A stretch of 64,000 bases of DNA from a virus: the IMG/VR virus record IMGVR_UViG_3300043446_002688. The stretch is one strand, 5' to 3'. Position 1 is the stretch's first letter. Each line of letters starts with the position of its first letter. Below the pieces are notes generated by a model. It saw only the letters and a program-made list of their open reading frames with translations. It was not told the origin of the DNA and did no database searches. Shown piece after piece: positions 7,667 to 18,135 of this stretch. The position numbers and the translations under genes are program-made.

Positions 7667-8733
7667 GCATTCTTGACAAAATTAAAAAGAATAGTAGCAT
7701 CAAAGAATCTGCTATTCTATCCAAATCAAAGTTCTTTACAGATAAGGACATGATTCCAACGGCAGTACCAGCAGTTAACATTGCACTGTCAGGTAAACTA
7801 GATGGTGGTCTAACACCAGGTCTTACGATGTGGGCAGGACCATCCAAACACTTTAAGACAGCATTCTCTTTATTGATGGCCAAATCATACATGGACAAAT
7901 ATGAAGATGCTGCGCTTTTATTCTACGATTCTGAGTTTGGTACTCCTCAGTCCTATTTTGACTCATTCGGTATTGATACAAATCGTGTTTTGCATACTCC
8001 TCTTACAGATATTGAGCAGTTGAAGTTTGATGTGATGGCACAGTTGACCAATCTTGAACGTGGTGACAGATTGATTATTGTTATTGATTCTATTGGTAAC
8101 TTGGCATCAAAGAAAGAAGTTGATGATGCATTGGATGGCAAATCAGTTGCTGATATGTCTCGTGCTAAACAAGTGAAGTCTTTGTTCCGTATGGTAACAC
8201 CACACTTGTCTTTGAAAGACATTCCAATGATTGTTGTCAATCACACATACAAAGAAATCGGTATGTTCCCCAAAGATATCGTTGGTGGTGGTACTGGTTC
8301 ATATTACTCTGCTGATAATATTTTCATTATCGGTCGTCAACAAGAAAAAGAAGGTACTGAAATCGTTGGTTACAACTTTGTCATAAACGTAGAAAAATCT
8401 AGATATGTCCGTGAAAAATCTAAAATCCCTGTTACTGTATTGCATGACGGTGGCATTAGCAAGTGGTCTGGCTTACTTGACCTTGCACTTGAATCTAAAC
8501 ATGTAATCAAACCATCTAATGGTTGGTATCAACGTGTTGATGAAGATGGTGTTGTAGAAGAAAAGAAATACCGTGAAAAAGAAACCAATACATCAGCATT
8601 CTGGTTGCCAATACTAAAGAACAAAGCATTTCAACAATTTGTTGAGAGCAAGTATCGTGTAGCATCAACAGAAATTCTTGCAGGTGATATTGAAGAAACA
8701 TTTGATGTGGAGACAACAAATGGAGTTGATTGA
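7663..8733 (+). CDS. uvsX: UvsX RecA-like recombinase
   Basis: GPSKHFKT Walker A, YDSEFG, IDSIGNL, GGTG. Confidence 0.97.
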   Translation: MSILDKIKKNSSIKESAILSKSKFFTDKDMIPTAVPAVNIALSGKLDGGLTPGLTMWAGPSKHFKTAFSLLMAKSYMDKYEDAALLFYDSEFGTPQSYFDSFGIDTNRVLHTPLTDIEQLKFDVMAQLTNLERGDRLIIVIDSIGNLASKKEVDDALDGKSVADMSRAKQVKSLFRMVTPHLSLKDIPMIVVNHTYKEIGMFPKDIVGGGTGSYYSADNIFIIGRQQEKEGTEIVGYNFVINVEKSRYVREKSKIPVTVLHDGGISKWSGLLDLALESKHVIKPSNGWYQRVDEDGVVEEKKYREKETNTSAFWLPILKNKAFQQFVESKYRVASTEILAGDIEETFDVETTNGVD

Positions 8734-9049
8734 AGGTATTGATTATTGCTTCATTTATCCGAAAGATTCTAATGAAGGTGTACATATCAGGTTTTTAACC
8801 GGTACATATAAAGATACCGTTTACAAATATGGTAAAGTTAAATTTAAAGAAGAAGGTGAACAGGTCTATTTACTTTTTGCTTATGATGTGATAGAATCAC
8901 CAGTTATGAAGCCAAACAAGTTAGAGAAAGATGCCGACTTTAAGAACTACATTGGTGACCTGTTGGTACAATTAATGTCCAACAATATTGAACAGGAAAT
9001 TATTGATGAAACTGGAACAGACGATTCTAAAGAATCTGATTTACAATGA
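8720..9049 (+). CDS. 40: gp40-like head vertex assembly chaperone
   Basis: Synteny between uvsX and 41; YKYGKV...KNYIGDLLVQL. Confidence 0.7.
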   Translation: MELIEGIDYCFIYPKDSNEGVHIRFLTGTYKDTVYKYGKVKFKEEGEQVYLLFAYDVIESPVMKPNKLEKDADFKNYIGDLLVQLMSNNIEQEIIDETGTDDSKESDLQ

Positions 9050-10397
9050 AGAATACCTACGCAAAGTCCTACCCTTTCTTAAAGGTGAATATTTCACGGA
9101 CAGAGTTGACCGCACTATCTTTACAGAGGTGTCCAAGTTCGTTGAGGAATACAATAGCCCGCCGACTATTGAAGCAATTGGATTGGCCATCAAAGAGAAA
9201 CGAAATCTCACAGATGAAGAAGTGGAACAGTGTGAATCTAATCTCAAAGAAATTGTTTCAGCTAAATCAGAGGAATCTAAACTTGACTGGCTCACTGATA
9301 AAACCGAAAAATTCTGCCAAGAAAAAGCAATATACAATGCGGTTCTTGGCTCAATTTCTATCCTTGACGGCAAAGACAAGACTAACGACAAAGGTGCAAT
9401 ACCAAAATTATTATCAGATGCGTTAGCCATATCTTTTGATAATTCTGTTGGTCACGACTATTTGGAGAATTCAGATGACCGATTCGACTTCTATCACAGA
9501 CATGAAGAAAGAATCCCATTCGACCTTGAGTTCTTTAATAAAATCACCAAAGGCGGACTTCCAGCTAAAACACTCAATATCGCCTTGGCTGGTACGGGTG
9601 TCGGCAAGTCTCTTTTTATGTGTCATGTTGCTGCTGGTTGTATGTCTCAAGGCAAAAATGTTTTGTATATCACAATGGAAATGTCAGAAGAAAGAATTGC
9701 CGAACGCATAGATGCAAACTTGTTGAATGTGACTATGGACGAACTAACAAATTTGTCCAAGGAATTATATGATAAACGAATTCAAAAACTCCGTGAAAAG
9801 ACTGTGGGAAAACTTATCATCAAAGAGTATCCAACTGCATCTGCCTCGGCTACGCACTTTAGGACTTTACTTAACGAACTTAACCTTAAAAAGTCTTTTG
9901 TACCTGATATTATTTTCATTGATTACCTTAATATTTGTTGTAGTTCTAGGATCAAAGCAGGAGCCAACATTAATAGTTATACCTATGTCAAAGCAATCGC
10001 AGAGGAATTGCGAGGTCTTGCCGTTGAGTTCGGAGTACCAGTCGTTTCTGCTACACAAACTACACGAAGCGGATATAGTTCATCCGATCCAGGGTTGGAG
10101 GACACAAGTGAATCTTTTGGTTTGCCAGCTACCGCAGACTTGATGTTTGCTCTTATTTCATCTGAAGAACTAGAAGAAATGGGACAGATTATGGTCAAAC
10201 AGTTGAAGAATCGTTATAATGATCCAGGTTATTACAAACGATTCACACTAGGTATTGACAGAGCAAAGATGAGATTGTATGATATTGAACAATCTGGTCA
10301 AGATGGTTTGACTGATGCTGGTCAGGACAAGCCATTAAATACATTTGGTAACAGAGAAAAACCACAAAAGAAATCGTTTGATGGATTTAAAGTATGA
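9006..10397 (+). CDS. 41: Replicative helicase gp41 (DnaB-like)
   Basis: AGTGVGKS, IFIDYLNI, SATQTTR, QLKNRY. Confidence 0.97.
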   Translation: MKLEQTILKNLIYNEEYLRKVLPFLKGEYFTDRVDRTIFTEVSKFVEEYNSPPTIEAIGLAIKEKRNLTDEEVEQCESNLKEIVSAKSEESKLDWLTDKTEKFCQEKAIYNAVLGSISILDGKDKTNDKGAIPKLLSDALAISFDNSVGHDYLENSDDRFDFYHRHEERIPFDLEFFNKITKGGLPAKTLNIALAGTGVGKSLFMCHVAAGCMSQGKNVLYITMEMSEERIAERIDANLLNVTMDELTNLSKELYDKRIQKLREKTVGKLIIKEYPTASASATHFRTLLNELNLKKSFVPDIIFIDYLNICCSSRIKAGANINSYTYVKAIAEELRGLAVEFGVPVVSATQTTRSGYSSSDPGLEDTSESFGLPATADLMFALISSEELEEMGQIMVKQLKNRYNDPGYYKRFTLGIDRAKMRLYDIEQSGQDGLTDAGQDKPLNTFGNREKPQKKSFDGFKV

Positions 10398-11503
10398 AAT
10401 TGAGTTTTGATGAAGCCTTGCATTGTGCCAAGGCATTTGAAGATTATTTTAGTAACTTTGACCGTATTGATGAATACATGCGTGACCAGAAGTTGAATGA
10501 CTTGGAAAATATGCCAACTTCAATTCCTGGTTTTGGACCAGAAGAAGATTTGTTTCAAGATTTCACCATGCATCCGAAAGATATGAATTTTGAAGTGTGT
10601 GAAATACCCACATCAACATGGGAAACACTACTCAATATTACATCATCACATATCAATATTGCACCTGTTGGTCGTAATGTTAAATTAGCAGTAAAAGAAA
10701 CAAACACAGGAAAATTCGTTGGTTTCATTCGCCTTGGTTCACCAGTGATTAATTGTAAACCTAGAAATGATATGTTAGGACAGGTCTTCACACAACAACC
10801 TGAGTGGGGTAAACGATTCAATAACTCTGCAATGATGGGTTTTGTTATTGTTCCTGCACAACCATTCGGTTACAATTACCTTGGTGGTAAACTGTTGGCT
10901 GCAATCTGTACTTCACATGAAGTCCGTGAGATTGTGAACAAGAAGTATGATATGAATCTGTGTTTGTTTGAAACTACCAGTTTATACGGAAGTTCTAAGA
11001 CAGTATCTCAGTATGATGGTATGAAACCATTTATTAGATACAAGGGCTTGACAGACTCAGACTTTTTGCCTATGATGCACGGTAAACCTTATACAGAACT
11101 GCGTGATTATGTTGAAAAGATTACAGGTCCATTGGTTGATAAAGATGCCTCTAGTAAGAAACTCAAAATTTCCATGAAAATCATTTCTTTGACCAAAGCA
11201 GCACTCAAAGGCACCAAAGAAGGTGAAGCATTCAATAAGACTATTGAAAAGGCCAAAGGTCTAACTGAACAGAAACGGTATTACATCAGTGACTATGGGT
11301 TTAAGAATATGGTCGATTATGTGAACTGTAAGACTGATGTTCTTATTCCTGGTGAAAACTATGAAAAACACAAACTGGCAAACCTCGTTGAATGGTGGAG
11401 AAACAAGGCCGTCAATCGGTATGCAACACTTCACAATGAAGGTCGTTTGAGAACTGAACTTGAGATTTGGACTTCTGGAAAAGAGATTCAAATTATCAGA
11501 TAA
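10394..11503 (+). CDS. DUF4338/Mom-like (GNAT-related) protein
   Basis: VPAQPFGYNYLGGKLLAA...FETTSLYG...SQYDG motifs; family recalled from memory, not searched. Confidence 0.55.
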   Translation: MKLSFDEALHCAKAFEDYFSNFDRIDEYMRDQKLNDLENMPTSIPGFGPEEDLFQDFTMHPKDMNFEVCEIPTSTWETLLNITSSHINIAPVGRNVKLAVKETNTGKFVGFIRLGSPVINCKPRNDMLGQVFTQQPEWGKRFNNSAMMGFVIVPAQPFGYNYLGGKLLAAICTSHEVREIVNKKYDMNLCLFETTSLYGSSKTVSQYDGMKPFIRYKGLTDSDFLPMMHGKPYTELRDYVEKITGPLVDKDASSKKLKISMKIISLTKAALKGTKEGEAFNKTIEKAKGLTEQKRYYISDYGFKNMVDYVNCKTDVLIPGENYEKHKLANLVEWWRNKAVNRYATLHNEGRLRTELEIWTSGKEIQIIR

Positions 11504-11506
11504 ATA
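11499..11506 (+). promoter_or_regulatory. T4-type late promoter (GATAAATA)
   Basis: NATAAATA immediately upstream of the nuclease and glycosylation cluster. Confidence 0.6.
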
Positions 11507-11530
11507 TGTGTATCTTTATTGGAGAGCAAA

Positions 11531-12610
11531 TTGGCTTATACATTTTTCCCAACAACTGCAACAGAAATTAAACAAACCTTGAAAGGTGACAAGGCTAAGA
11601 TTGATGAAATAATCAATGTCTTTGCATATCTAAAAAGTAAGTTCAGTAAGGTGCCAACTCCAATCAACATTGATCCGAAAGCAATCAGCAAGATTAATGT
11701 CACCAGAGATTTACAAACTGATATCGACTTGGCAAAAATTAAAAGGGAAGCCAAGGTCACCAAAATAACAATGAAGTTTGGTTCGGGTTCTGCTGGTGGT
11801 CGTGGTGTACAAAACAAAGGTAATCTTTACGAAGGACAACTTGCTGAGGCAATTCAAACTTGGTGGGCCGGTGGAAAAATCACCGACACAAAACTGGCCG
11901 ATGCTGTTGCAGATATTGTTAAGTTACATAAATTGGACAAGTGCAAATCGTTGGAAGTTAAAATGGTTGGTGAACTAAACAATAAACGACCATTCATATT
12001 CTCACCAAAAGTTTTAATATCATCCAAAATTCCAGTAATGAATAACAATTTAGGTCCAGTTGTTACAGATATTACTTTGATTTGTGATAAAAAGAAAGAG
12101 ATTTATTTGAGTTTGAAAACTGGTGGTACAGTTACATTCTTCAACTCTGGTGTTCGTACAGTTCTTTCTCCAGCAGAAATCAAAACTGGTAGAATTAAAA
12201 ATAAAGATGGATTAAAAATTTTAGATATGTTCAACATTAATGATGCACTATTCTGTGACATTTATAATGGCAAACTCAAAAAGGGTTATGTTGAGGATAT
12301 TTGGAAAACAATGTCAGGCAAACAAAAGAAAGACTTGAAAGACTTTCTGAAATCTGGTGTTGGCCATGGATACACCATCGTACACAAATTAACTGGCAAG
12401 ACAGAAGTTTATGAAGTTGATGAAAAGTATATGGAAGAAGCAGCAACACCAAAATCTTGTACCGTTTACTATGGTGGTAAATCAGGAACAGGCAAGCGTA
12501 TTGATATGGAAATTGAAACAGGTCATTACATTCTTAAACTAAACATACGTGATACGCAAGGTGGTGACGGTTACCCAACCCGTATGATGTGTGATTACTC
12601 TTACCTATAA
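11531..12610 (+). CDS. Putative PD-(D/E)xK endonuclease
   Basis: GNLYE...VTDITL...IYLSLK catalytic pattern; TTG start after GGAG (track start 11519). Confidence 0.6.
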   Translation: MAYTFFPTTATEIKQTLKGDKAKIDEIINVFAYLKSKFSKVPTPINIDPKAISKINVTRDLQTDIDLAKIKREAKVTKITMKFGSGSAGGRGVQNKGNLYEGQLAEAIQTWWAGGKITDTKLADAVADIVKLHKLDKCKSLEVKMVGELNNKRPFIFSPKVLISSKIPVMNNNLGPVVTDITLICDKKKEIYLSLKTGGTVTFFNSGVRTVLSPAEIKTGRIKNKDGLKILDMFNINDALFCDIYNGKLKKGYVEDIWKTMSGKQKKDLKDFLKSGVGHGYTIVHKLTGKTEVYEVDEKYMEEAATPKSCTVYYGGKSGTGKRIDMEIETGHYILKLNIRDTQGGDGYPTRMMCDYSYL

Positions 12611-12612
12611 TT

Positions 12613-12882
12613 ATGAAACATACGATTGATAGTGATGATGATTTTGGTTTCTCTGCCATATCAGCAGCAGAATATGAAGAAAAAATCAAACGCCATGCTG
12701 AAATTGCCAAAGATGAAACTTCAACTGAATATGAAAAGAGACTTGAAGATTTAGAAAAAATAATCATTCCATTCCTGGAAAAACTCCGTGACACTGGAGA
12801 TAAAGAATACATATATTGGCCTAATCGCAAACCTGCATTGGAAAAACAAATAGAAAAGATTAAAAAACTGACTAGAGGATGA
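12613..12882 (+). CDS. Conserved phage hypothetical protein
   Basis: 89 aa; DDDFGFSA...YIYWPNR. Confidence 0.8.
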   Translation: MKHTIDSDDDFGFSAISAAEYEEKIKRHAEIAKDETSTEYEKRLEDLEKIIIPFLEKLRDTGDKEYIYWPNRKPALEKQIEKIKKLTRG

Positions 12883-12885
12883 TTT

Positions 12886-13605
12886 ATGACTGCGACTGTG
12901 ATTATTCCGACTACTGGTGCACCAGAGTTAAGGAAAGCTATTGAAAGTGTATTGAATCAAAGTTATCTTACCGATTGTTATGTTGTATGTGATGGTCAAC
13001 AACATTATGGTAAAGTAAAAGTGATTTGTGATGAATATGCTGGTAATCCAAGAATGAAATTTGGTTACTTGCCAGTTAATGTGGGTGCTAACGGTTTCTA
13101 TGGACACCGAATCTACGCAGCATTCACACACCTAATCAACACCGAGTATGTACTATATCTCGACCAGGACTGTTGGTTGGACCCCAATCATGTTCAGTTG
13201 TGTATAGACAATATCAAAGTTTTGGGACTTGATTGGACTTATTCCTTACGCAAGATATGTGATAAAGAAGGTAAGTTTCTGGTCAATGATAACTGTGAAT
13301 CATTAGGCAAATGGCCAGTCTTTAGTGGTGATTATAATCACATAGATACTAATTGTTATTGCCTTAAAACTCAAATTGCGATAAAATTGGCACAAGTATG
13401 GCACGGCGGTTGGGGCCAAGATAGAGTTTGGTTGAATATATTATCTCAACACTTTAAGAACTACGATTGCACATGTGAATATAGTGTGAATTACAGACTT
13501 GCTGGAAATGAAGGTTCTGTTAAACCAGAATTCTTCTTCTACGGCAATGATATTATGAACAAAAAATATAATGGAGTTTTACCATGGCAAAAAAGAACCT
13601 CATAA
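12886..13605 (+). CDS. Glycosyltransferase family 2 (GT-A)
   Basis: VIIPT...AIESVLNQ...VVCDG; YLDQD DxD motif. Confidence 0.88.
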   Translation: MTATVIIPTTGAPELRKAIESVLNQSYLTDCYVVCDGQQHYGKVKVICDEYAGNPRMKFGYLPVNVGANGFYGHRIYAAFTHLINTEYVLYLDQDCWLDPNHVQLCIDNIKVLGLDWTYSLRKICDKEGKFLVNDNCESLGKWPVFSGDYNHIDTNCYCLKTQIAIKLAQVWHGGWGQDRVWLNILSQHFKNYDCTCEYSVNYRLAGNEGSVKPEFFFYGNDIMNKKYNGVLPWQKRTS

Positions 13606-14450
13606 TTGGCGGTTGTACCAATTATGGAATAAATGAATTGAAACCTTGGGTGTTGTCTATCAATGAACAAATGCCTGACGCTGACAAGGTAATGTGTGTT
13701 GGTAATGCATCAGTTGAAACTAGACAATGGCTCCTGAACAACAATTTTCACATTGTTGAAATGCCACAGGCAAACATTCCAGTACACGTATTACGATTCT
13801 TATCAATCTACGATTTCTTAGAAAAGAACTGGCAAGATTATGAATATGTCATCACAACTGATGTGAAAGATGTTTATTTTCAGAAAAATCCATTTGAGTT
13901 TTTGGACTACCACAACATCGGTGTCAGAGACATGAATCAACTCGTTGCTGGTTCAGAATGTTTGAAATATAAAGATGAATCTTGGGGCAACGAAAACTTA
14001 TTGCAGGCTTATGGACCATATGTACACAATCTATTCAAAGACAACACAATTTATAATGTTGGCGTCTTAGGTGGTTCAGCAGAATACATGAAAGATTTGG
14101 TATTCAATATCTTTACCAATGGTACCAATCGTCCAATCCCAATTGTTGACCAAGCAGTTTTCAATGTGTTAATTAATACACAACCATATAAAAATGTGGT
14201 GATGAAGGCAGATATGAATACCGGTTGGGCATGTCAAGCAGGCACAGTTGTTGATCCATCAAAGATTGATTCATTCAGACCAAATCTATTAGAAGAAGAA
14301 CCAATCATGGAAGATGGAGTGGTTAAAACTGCCAACGGCAAAACATTCTACATAGTACATCAATATGACCGTGTACCAGAATGGAAAAAATTCATTCAAT
14401 TGAAATACAAACAAAAAGATCCTGAAAACTATTTTACATATAAGGTTTAA
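13584..14450 (+). CDS. Putative GT-A glycosyltransferase
   Basis: ITTDVKDVYFQKNP, NVGVLGG, DQAVFN, HQYDR. Confidence 0.7.
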   Translation: MAKKNLIIGGCTNYGINELKPWVLSINEQMPDADKVMCVGNASVETRQWLLNNNFHIVEMPQANIPVHVLRFLSIYDFLEKNWQDYEYVITTDVKDVYFQKNPFEFLDYHNIGVRDMNQLVAGSECLKYKDESWGNENLLQAYGPYVHNLFKDNTIYNVGVLGGSAEYMKDLVFNIFTNGTNRPIPIVDQAVFNVLINTQPYKNVVMKADMNTGWACQAGTVVDPSKIDSFRPNLLEEEPIMEDGVVKTANGKTFYIVHQYDRVPEWKKFIQLKYKQKDPENYFTYKV

Positions 14451-14452
14451 CT

Positions 14453-15016
14453 ATGAGTGATATTATTACATTTAACACCGAGACACAGGCTTTCGGTCAA
14501 CCAATATTCAAGTGTTCTGGTTATGGCCTAGGTGCCATGGTTGCAAAGATGCAAAATCCAAAAGTGCTCGAGATTGGTTGTGATATTGGTGACACTACAC
14601 AATTTTTGTTGGACAGCAATCCACACCTTACTTTAACTGGTATTGATCCTTATGTCAACTATATTGATTGGAATGGCAATAACTTGAATGAACGTGAAGT
14701 TGTTTATGAACGATTTATGAATAGATTGTCTGGTTACAAGAACCGTTTTGCTTTGTTGCGTGAATATTCTGATGATGCTGCAGAGCGTGTTTTCGATAAT
14801 TTCTTTGATTTAATCTTTATTGATGGTCTACATGAATATGACCAGTTGACCAAAGATTGTGCAAACTACTATCCAAAATTAAAAGAAGGTGGCATCTTTG
14901 CAGGTCACGATTACAATGCCATTCCTGGTGTTCGTCAAGCAGCTGATGAGTTTGCCGCAAAAGTTGGTAAAACAATTCAAATCACAGAATCTGATGTTTG
15001 GTACTGGATCAAATGA
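14453..15016 (+). CDS. Class I SAM-dependent methyltransferase (Methyltransf_24-like)
   Basis: LEIGCDIG, IFIDGLH, LKEGGIFAGHDY. Confidence 0.9.
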   Translation: MSDIITFNTETQAFGQPIFKCSGYGLGAMVAKMQNPKVLEIGCDIGDTTQFLLDSNPHLTLTGIDPYVNYIDWNGNNLNEREVVYERFMNRLSGYKNRFALLREYSDDAAERVFDNFFDLIFIDGLHEYDQLTKDCANYYPKLKEGGIFAGHDYNAIPGVRQAADEFAAKVGKTIQITESDVWYWIK

Positions 15017-15717
15017 AAAAGTGCATGGTGATATCAGGCCAGTATCGTACATTCGATAATACTTGGCCTAGACTAAAAGAGTTCATTGATACGAATGAGT
15101 TGGATGTGTATGCACATCTGTGGGGAGTTGAGGATGAACAGGAAAATCTAAGACAGTTCCATGAGGTGAAAGATAGACTACAACCAAAACGAATCTTTCA
15201 ACAACCAATAACTGATAGTCTTATGGATGAATTCAAACATATTGAAGAACGCATCTTGTCTGCCAATCCAAAAGGACCTAACGAAGATAAACTTGCAGGC
15301 AATGCTTCTATGAATTACAGTAGAGATGCGGCACTTCAAATGGTCAACCAAGATTATGATGTGGTTGTTTACTGTCGTTATGATATTGGTTTCAAACAAA
15401 TGTTTATGTTTCATTCTGTTGATAGAATCATAACACCAGAAGAAGAATCATACAATCTAATCTCTGATATTTTTGCTATTATGCCAATGTCAATGACCAA
15501 AAGTTACTTCTTATATAAAGATTATGAGAGATTACATTCAACACCGTGGGAACCAGAGTTCTTGGATTGGTTGAGGAATGTTAAGAAATATCCTGAACAA
15601 GATATACAAACACACATTAAAACCAGATATTGTCCGCATCTGATGTTGATGAGAAACATCATTATGAACGGTCATACATATCATACAACAAATTTACCTG
15701 TATATTTACAAAGATGA
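15013..15717 (+). CDS. Putative glycosyltransferase (SGQxR family)
   Basis: ISGQYRTF...VYAHLW...YCRYD; paralogue of the next gene. Confidence 0.6.
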   Translation: MKKCMVISGQYRTFDNTWPRLKEFIDTNELDVYAHLWGVEDEQENLRQFHEVKDRLQPKRIFQQPITDSLMDEFKHIEERILSANPKGPNEDKLAGNASMNYSRDAALQMVNQDYDVVVYCRYDIGFKQMFMFHSVDRIITPEEESYNLISDIFAIMPMSMTKSYFLYKDYERLHSTPWEPEFLDWLRNVKKYPEQDIQTHIKTRYCPHLMLMRNIIMNGHTYHTTNLPVYLQR

Positions 15718-16391
15718 AAATTGCATTATGTTTCTCTGGTCAAGCCAGAAGTTTTGAAAAAGGTTACGAATACTACAAGCGTAACCTTTTAGACCATTAT
15801 GATGTGGATGTTTACATTCATACTTGGCACATGGATGAAGGAAATGAATTACTTCATACCTATAAACCACTCGATTATGTTTTTGAAGAACCACCTGTTG
15901 GTGACTTTGATTCAAAATATACAAATACACCTAACGCAGAGAGACATCCACCACGATTCACATACAGAATGTTATACTCAATGTATATGTGCAGTACTTT
16001 GATTCATGGTGATTATGATTGGGTTATTAAGGCTCGTACAGACTATGCTTTGAATGTAAAGATTCCTTTTGAAGAACTTGACAATACCAAGTTGTATATT
16101 CCAAATTGTCGTATGGTACCAGAAAGAGATTTTGGTAATGACCAGTTTGCATTTGGTTCAAAACAAACCATGATGAAGTATATGTCAACTTTTCTAAACC
16201 TTGACAAGTATTATAATGCAGGCAATCAATTTATTGGTGAAGATATGATGAGAGCCAACTTACATGAACATGGACTCCACGGAGAGAACCTTGTGTATGT
16301 TAATATGAACAATCCATTCCCACCAGGAAACTACAACGGCACATGGCATTCTTTGATTAGGGACGATATTGAAGAATGGCGAAAATCTTAA
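15714..16391 (+). CDS. Putative glycosyltransferase (SGQxR family)
   Basis: KIALCFSGQARS...VYIHTW...IKARTD...NDQFAFG. Confidence 0.65.
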   Translation: MKIALCFSGQARSFEKGYEYYKRNLLDHYDVDVYIHTWHMDEGNELLHTYKPLDYVFEEPPVGDFDSKYTNTPNAERHPPRFTYRMLYSMYMCSTLIHGDYDWVIKARTDYALNVKIPFEELDNTKLYIPNCRMVPERDFGNDQFAFGSKQTMMKYMSTFLNLDKYYNAGNQFIGEDMMRANLHEHGLHGENLVYVNMNNPFPPGNYNGTWHSLIRDDIEEWRKS

Positions 16392-17119
16392 AAGAGTTGA
16401 AAGGTCATTCTGGTAGTGAAGTGACTTTGATGGAAAATGATTCTGGATTATGGGTACGCAAATTCAAAAATGTTGATAGAAATTATGAACGATTGAGTGC
16501 CTTATACAAGTCTGGTTATCCTGTTCCTGAAATATACACATACCTGAACCAAACCTTAGAGATGGAATACATTCATGGTTTAGATATGAAAAACTATCTA
16601 CTACATAATACTTCCACAAAGTTGCAAGAGTTCTTACTGGTTACACTTGACTGTTTCTCTGAAAATAGTATAATCAAAGACTACACGAAAACATACTATC
16701 AAAAATTGGCATGGTTGGATTCACATGAAGGTTTACCATTCACCAAAGAACAACTGATTGCAAAGTTGCCGAAAAATATACCACAATCAATGTATCATGG
16801 TGACCTGACCTTAGAGAATATCATTTATACCGATCCAGGTTTCCATATGATAGATGCGGTGACAGTTGAGTATGATTCGTGGGTGTTTGATGTGGCCAAA
16901 CTTCGCCAGGACTTGGAATGTAAATGGTTTCTCCGTCATAGTGATGCGAAACTAGACTTCAAGTTACAGAACATCCAGGATACATTGCGAGAGTGTTATC
17001 CAGATGCCTTCAATGATAATGTTTTGATTCTGATGTTGTTGAGAGTGTATCTACATACCAAAGAAGGTGATTTTGAGCGTGAATTTATTTTGAGAGAGAT
17101 TAATAGACTATGGAAATAA
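16376..17119 (+). CDS. APH/choline-kinase-fold small-molecule kinase
   Basis: GHSG loop, VRK, LEMEYI, HGDLTLENI, IDA. Confidence 0.8.
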   Translation: MAKILKELKGHSGSEVTLMENDSGLWVRKFKNVDRNYERLSALYKSGYPVPEIYTYLNQTLEMEYIHGLDMKNYLLHNTSTKLQEFLLVTLDCFSENSIIKDYTKTYYQKLAWLDSHEGLPFTKEQLIAKLPKNIPQSMYHGDLTLENIIYTDPGFHMIDAVTVEYDSWVFDVAKLRQDLECKWFLRHSDAKLDFKLQNIQDTLRECYPDAFNDNVLILMLLRVYLHTKEGDFEREFILREINRLWK

Positions 17120-18135
17120 TTGTACCAGCAGCTGGTCTGTCTACCAGATTCCCAGACATGAAACCAAAATATCTCTTGTATGATTACAAGGGTGATATGA
17201 TGTTGATGAATGCCTTGCGTTCCTACAGGCAGCGTGGTTATCGTATACACATTGGTATTCTAAAAGAACACCAAGACAAGTATGATGTGATTAAACAAAT
17301 CCAACACGAATGGATGGATAATATCAATTTTGTGATTATTGATAAACCAACCCGTGGTCCAGCAGACACAGTATACCAAATCATTCAGCAAGCTGGTTTA
17401 CACACATCTGAAATCTTTATCAAAGACTGTGACAGTTATTTTGAACATGACTTTACAGAAGGCAATTATGTTTGTGTGTCTAATGTATCACAACATGAGG
17501 TGTTGAAGAAACTTTCATCTAAGTCTTTTACGATTGCAAATAATGATGGTATCATTTACGATATCGTAGAGAAAGAAGTTGTGTCTAATACATTCTGTGT
17601 TGGTGGTTATAAGTTCTCATCAGCAATGATGTACAAACAAGCCTTTGAATCTCTTACTACCGAAAGAGAAGTGTTTGTTTCTGATGTGATTGGTCGTTGC
17701 ATACACAATATGCAAATCTTCACCGAAAAACATGTGACCAACTATGTTGATGTTGGCACCGCACAAGATTGGTTTGAACATAATGATAAACCTGTTATCT
17801 TCTGTGATATTGACGGTACAATCATTCAAGCACAATCCAGACTGGACTTGGAAGCCAAGAAACCTGTTGTTCCATTACAAAACAATATCAAACGATTGTT
17901 GGAGTGGCAGGCCAAAGGTGCTCAGTTCATCTTTACTACAGCAAGAGAACCACAGTACAGAGCAGAAACTCGTCAAATGCTATATGACTTAGGTTTTATG
18001 AGTTTCACCTTGATTGAAGGTTTGCAGAACTCAAGACGCATACTAATCAATGATTACAACAACGCAAATCCATATCCACGAGCTGAGGCAATCAACATCA
18101 AACGGGATTCGGATAACCTAAGTGATTTCTTATGA
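17110..18135 (+). CDS. Nucleotidyltransferase fused to HAD phosphatase
   Basis: IVPAAGLSTRF...KPKY, KDCD, DVGT, then CDIDGT HAD motif I, TTAR. Confidence 0.85.
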   Translation: MEIIVPAAGLSTRFPDMKPKYLLYDYKGDMMLMNALRSYRQRGYRIHIGILKEHQDKYDVIKQIQHEWMDNINFVIIDKPTRGPADTVYQIIQQAGLHTSEIFIKDCDSYFEHDFTEGNYVCVSNVSQHEVLKKLSSKSFTIANNDGIIYDIVEKEVVSNTFCVGGYKFSSAMMYKQAFESLTTEREVFVSDVIGRCIHNMQIFTEKHVTNYVDVGTAQDWFEHNDKPVIFCDIDGTIIQAQSRLDLEAKKPVVPLQNNIKRLLEWQAKGAQFIFTTAREPQYRAETRQMLYDLGFMSFTLIEGLQNSRRILINDYNNANPYPRAEAINIKRDSDNLSDFL

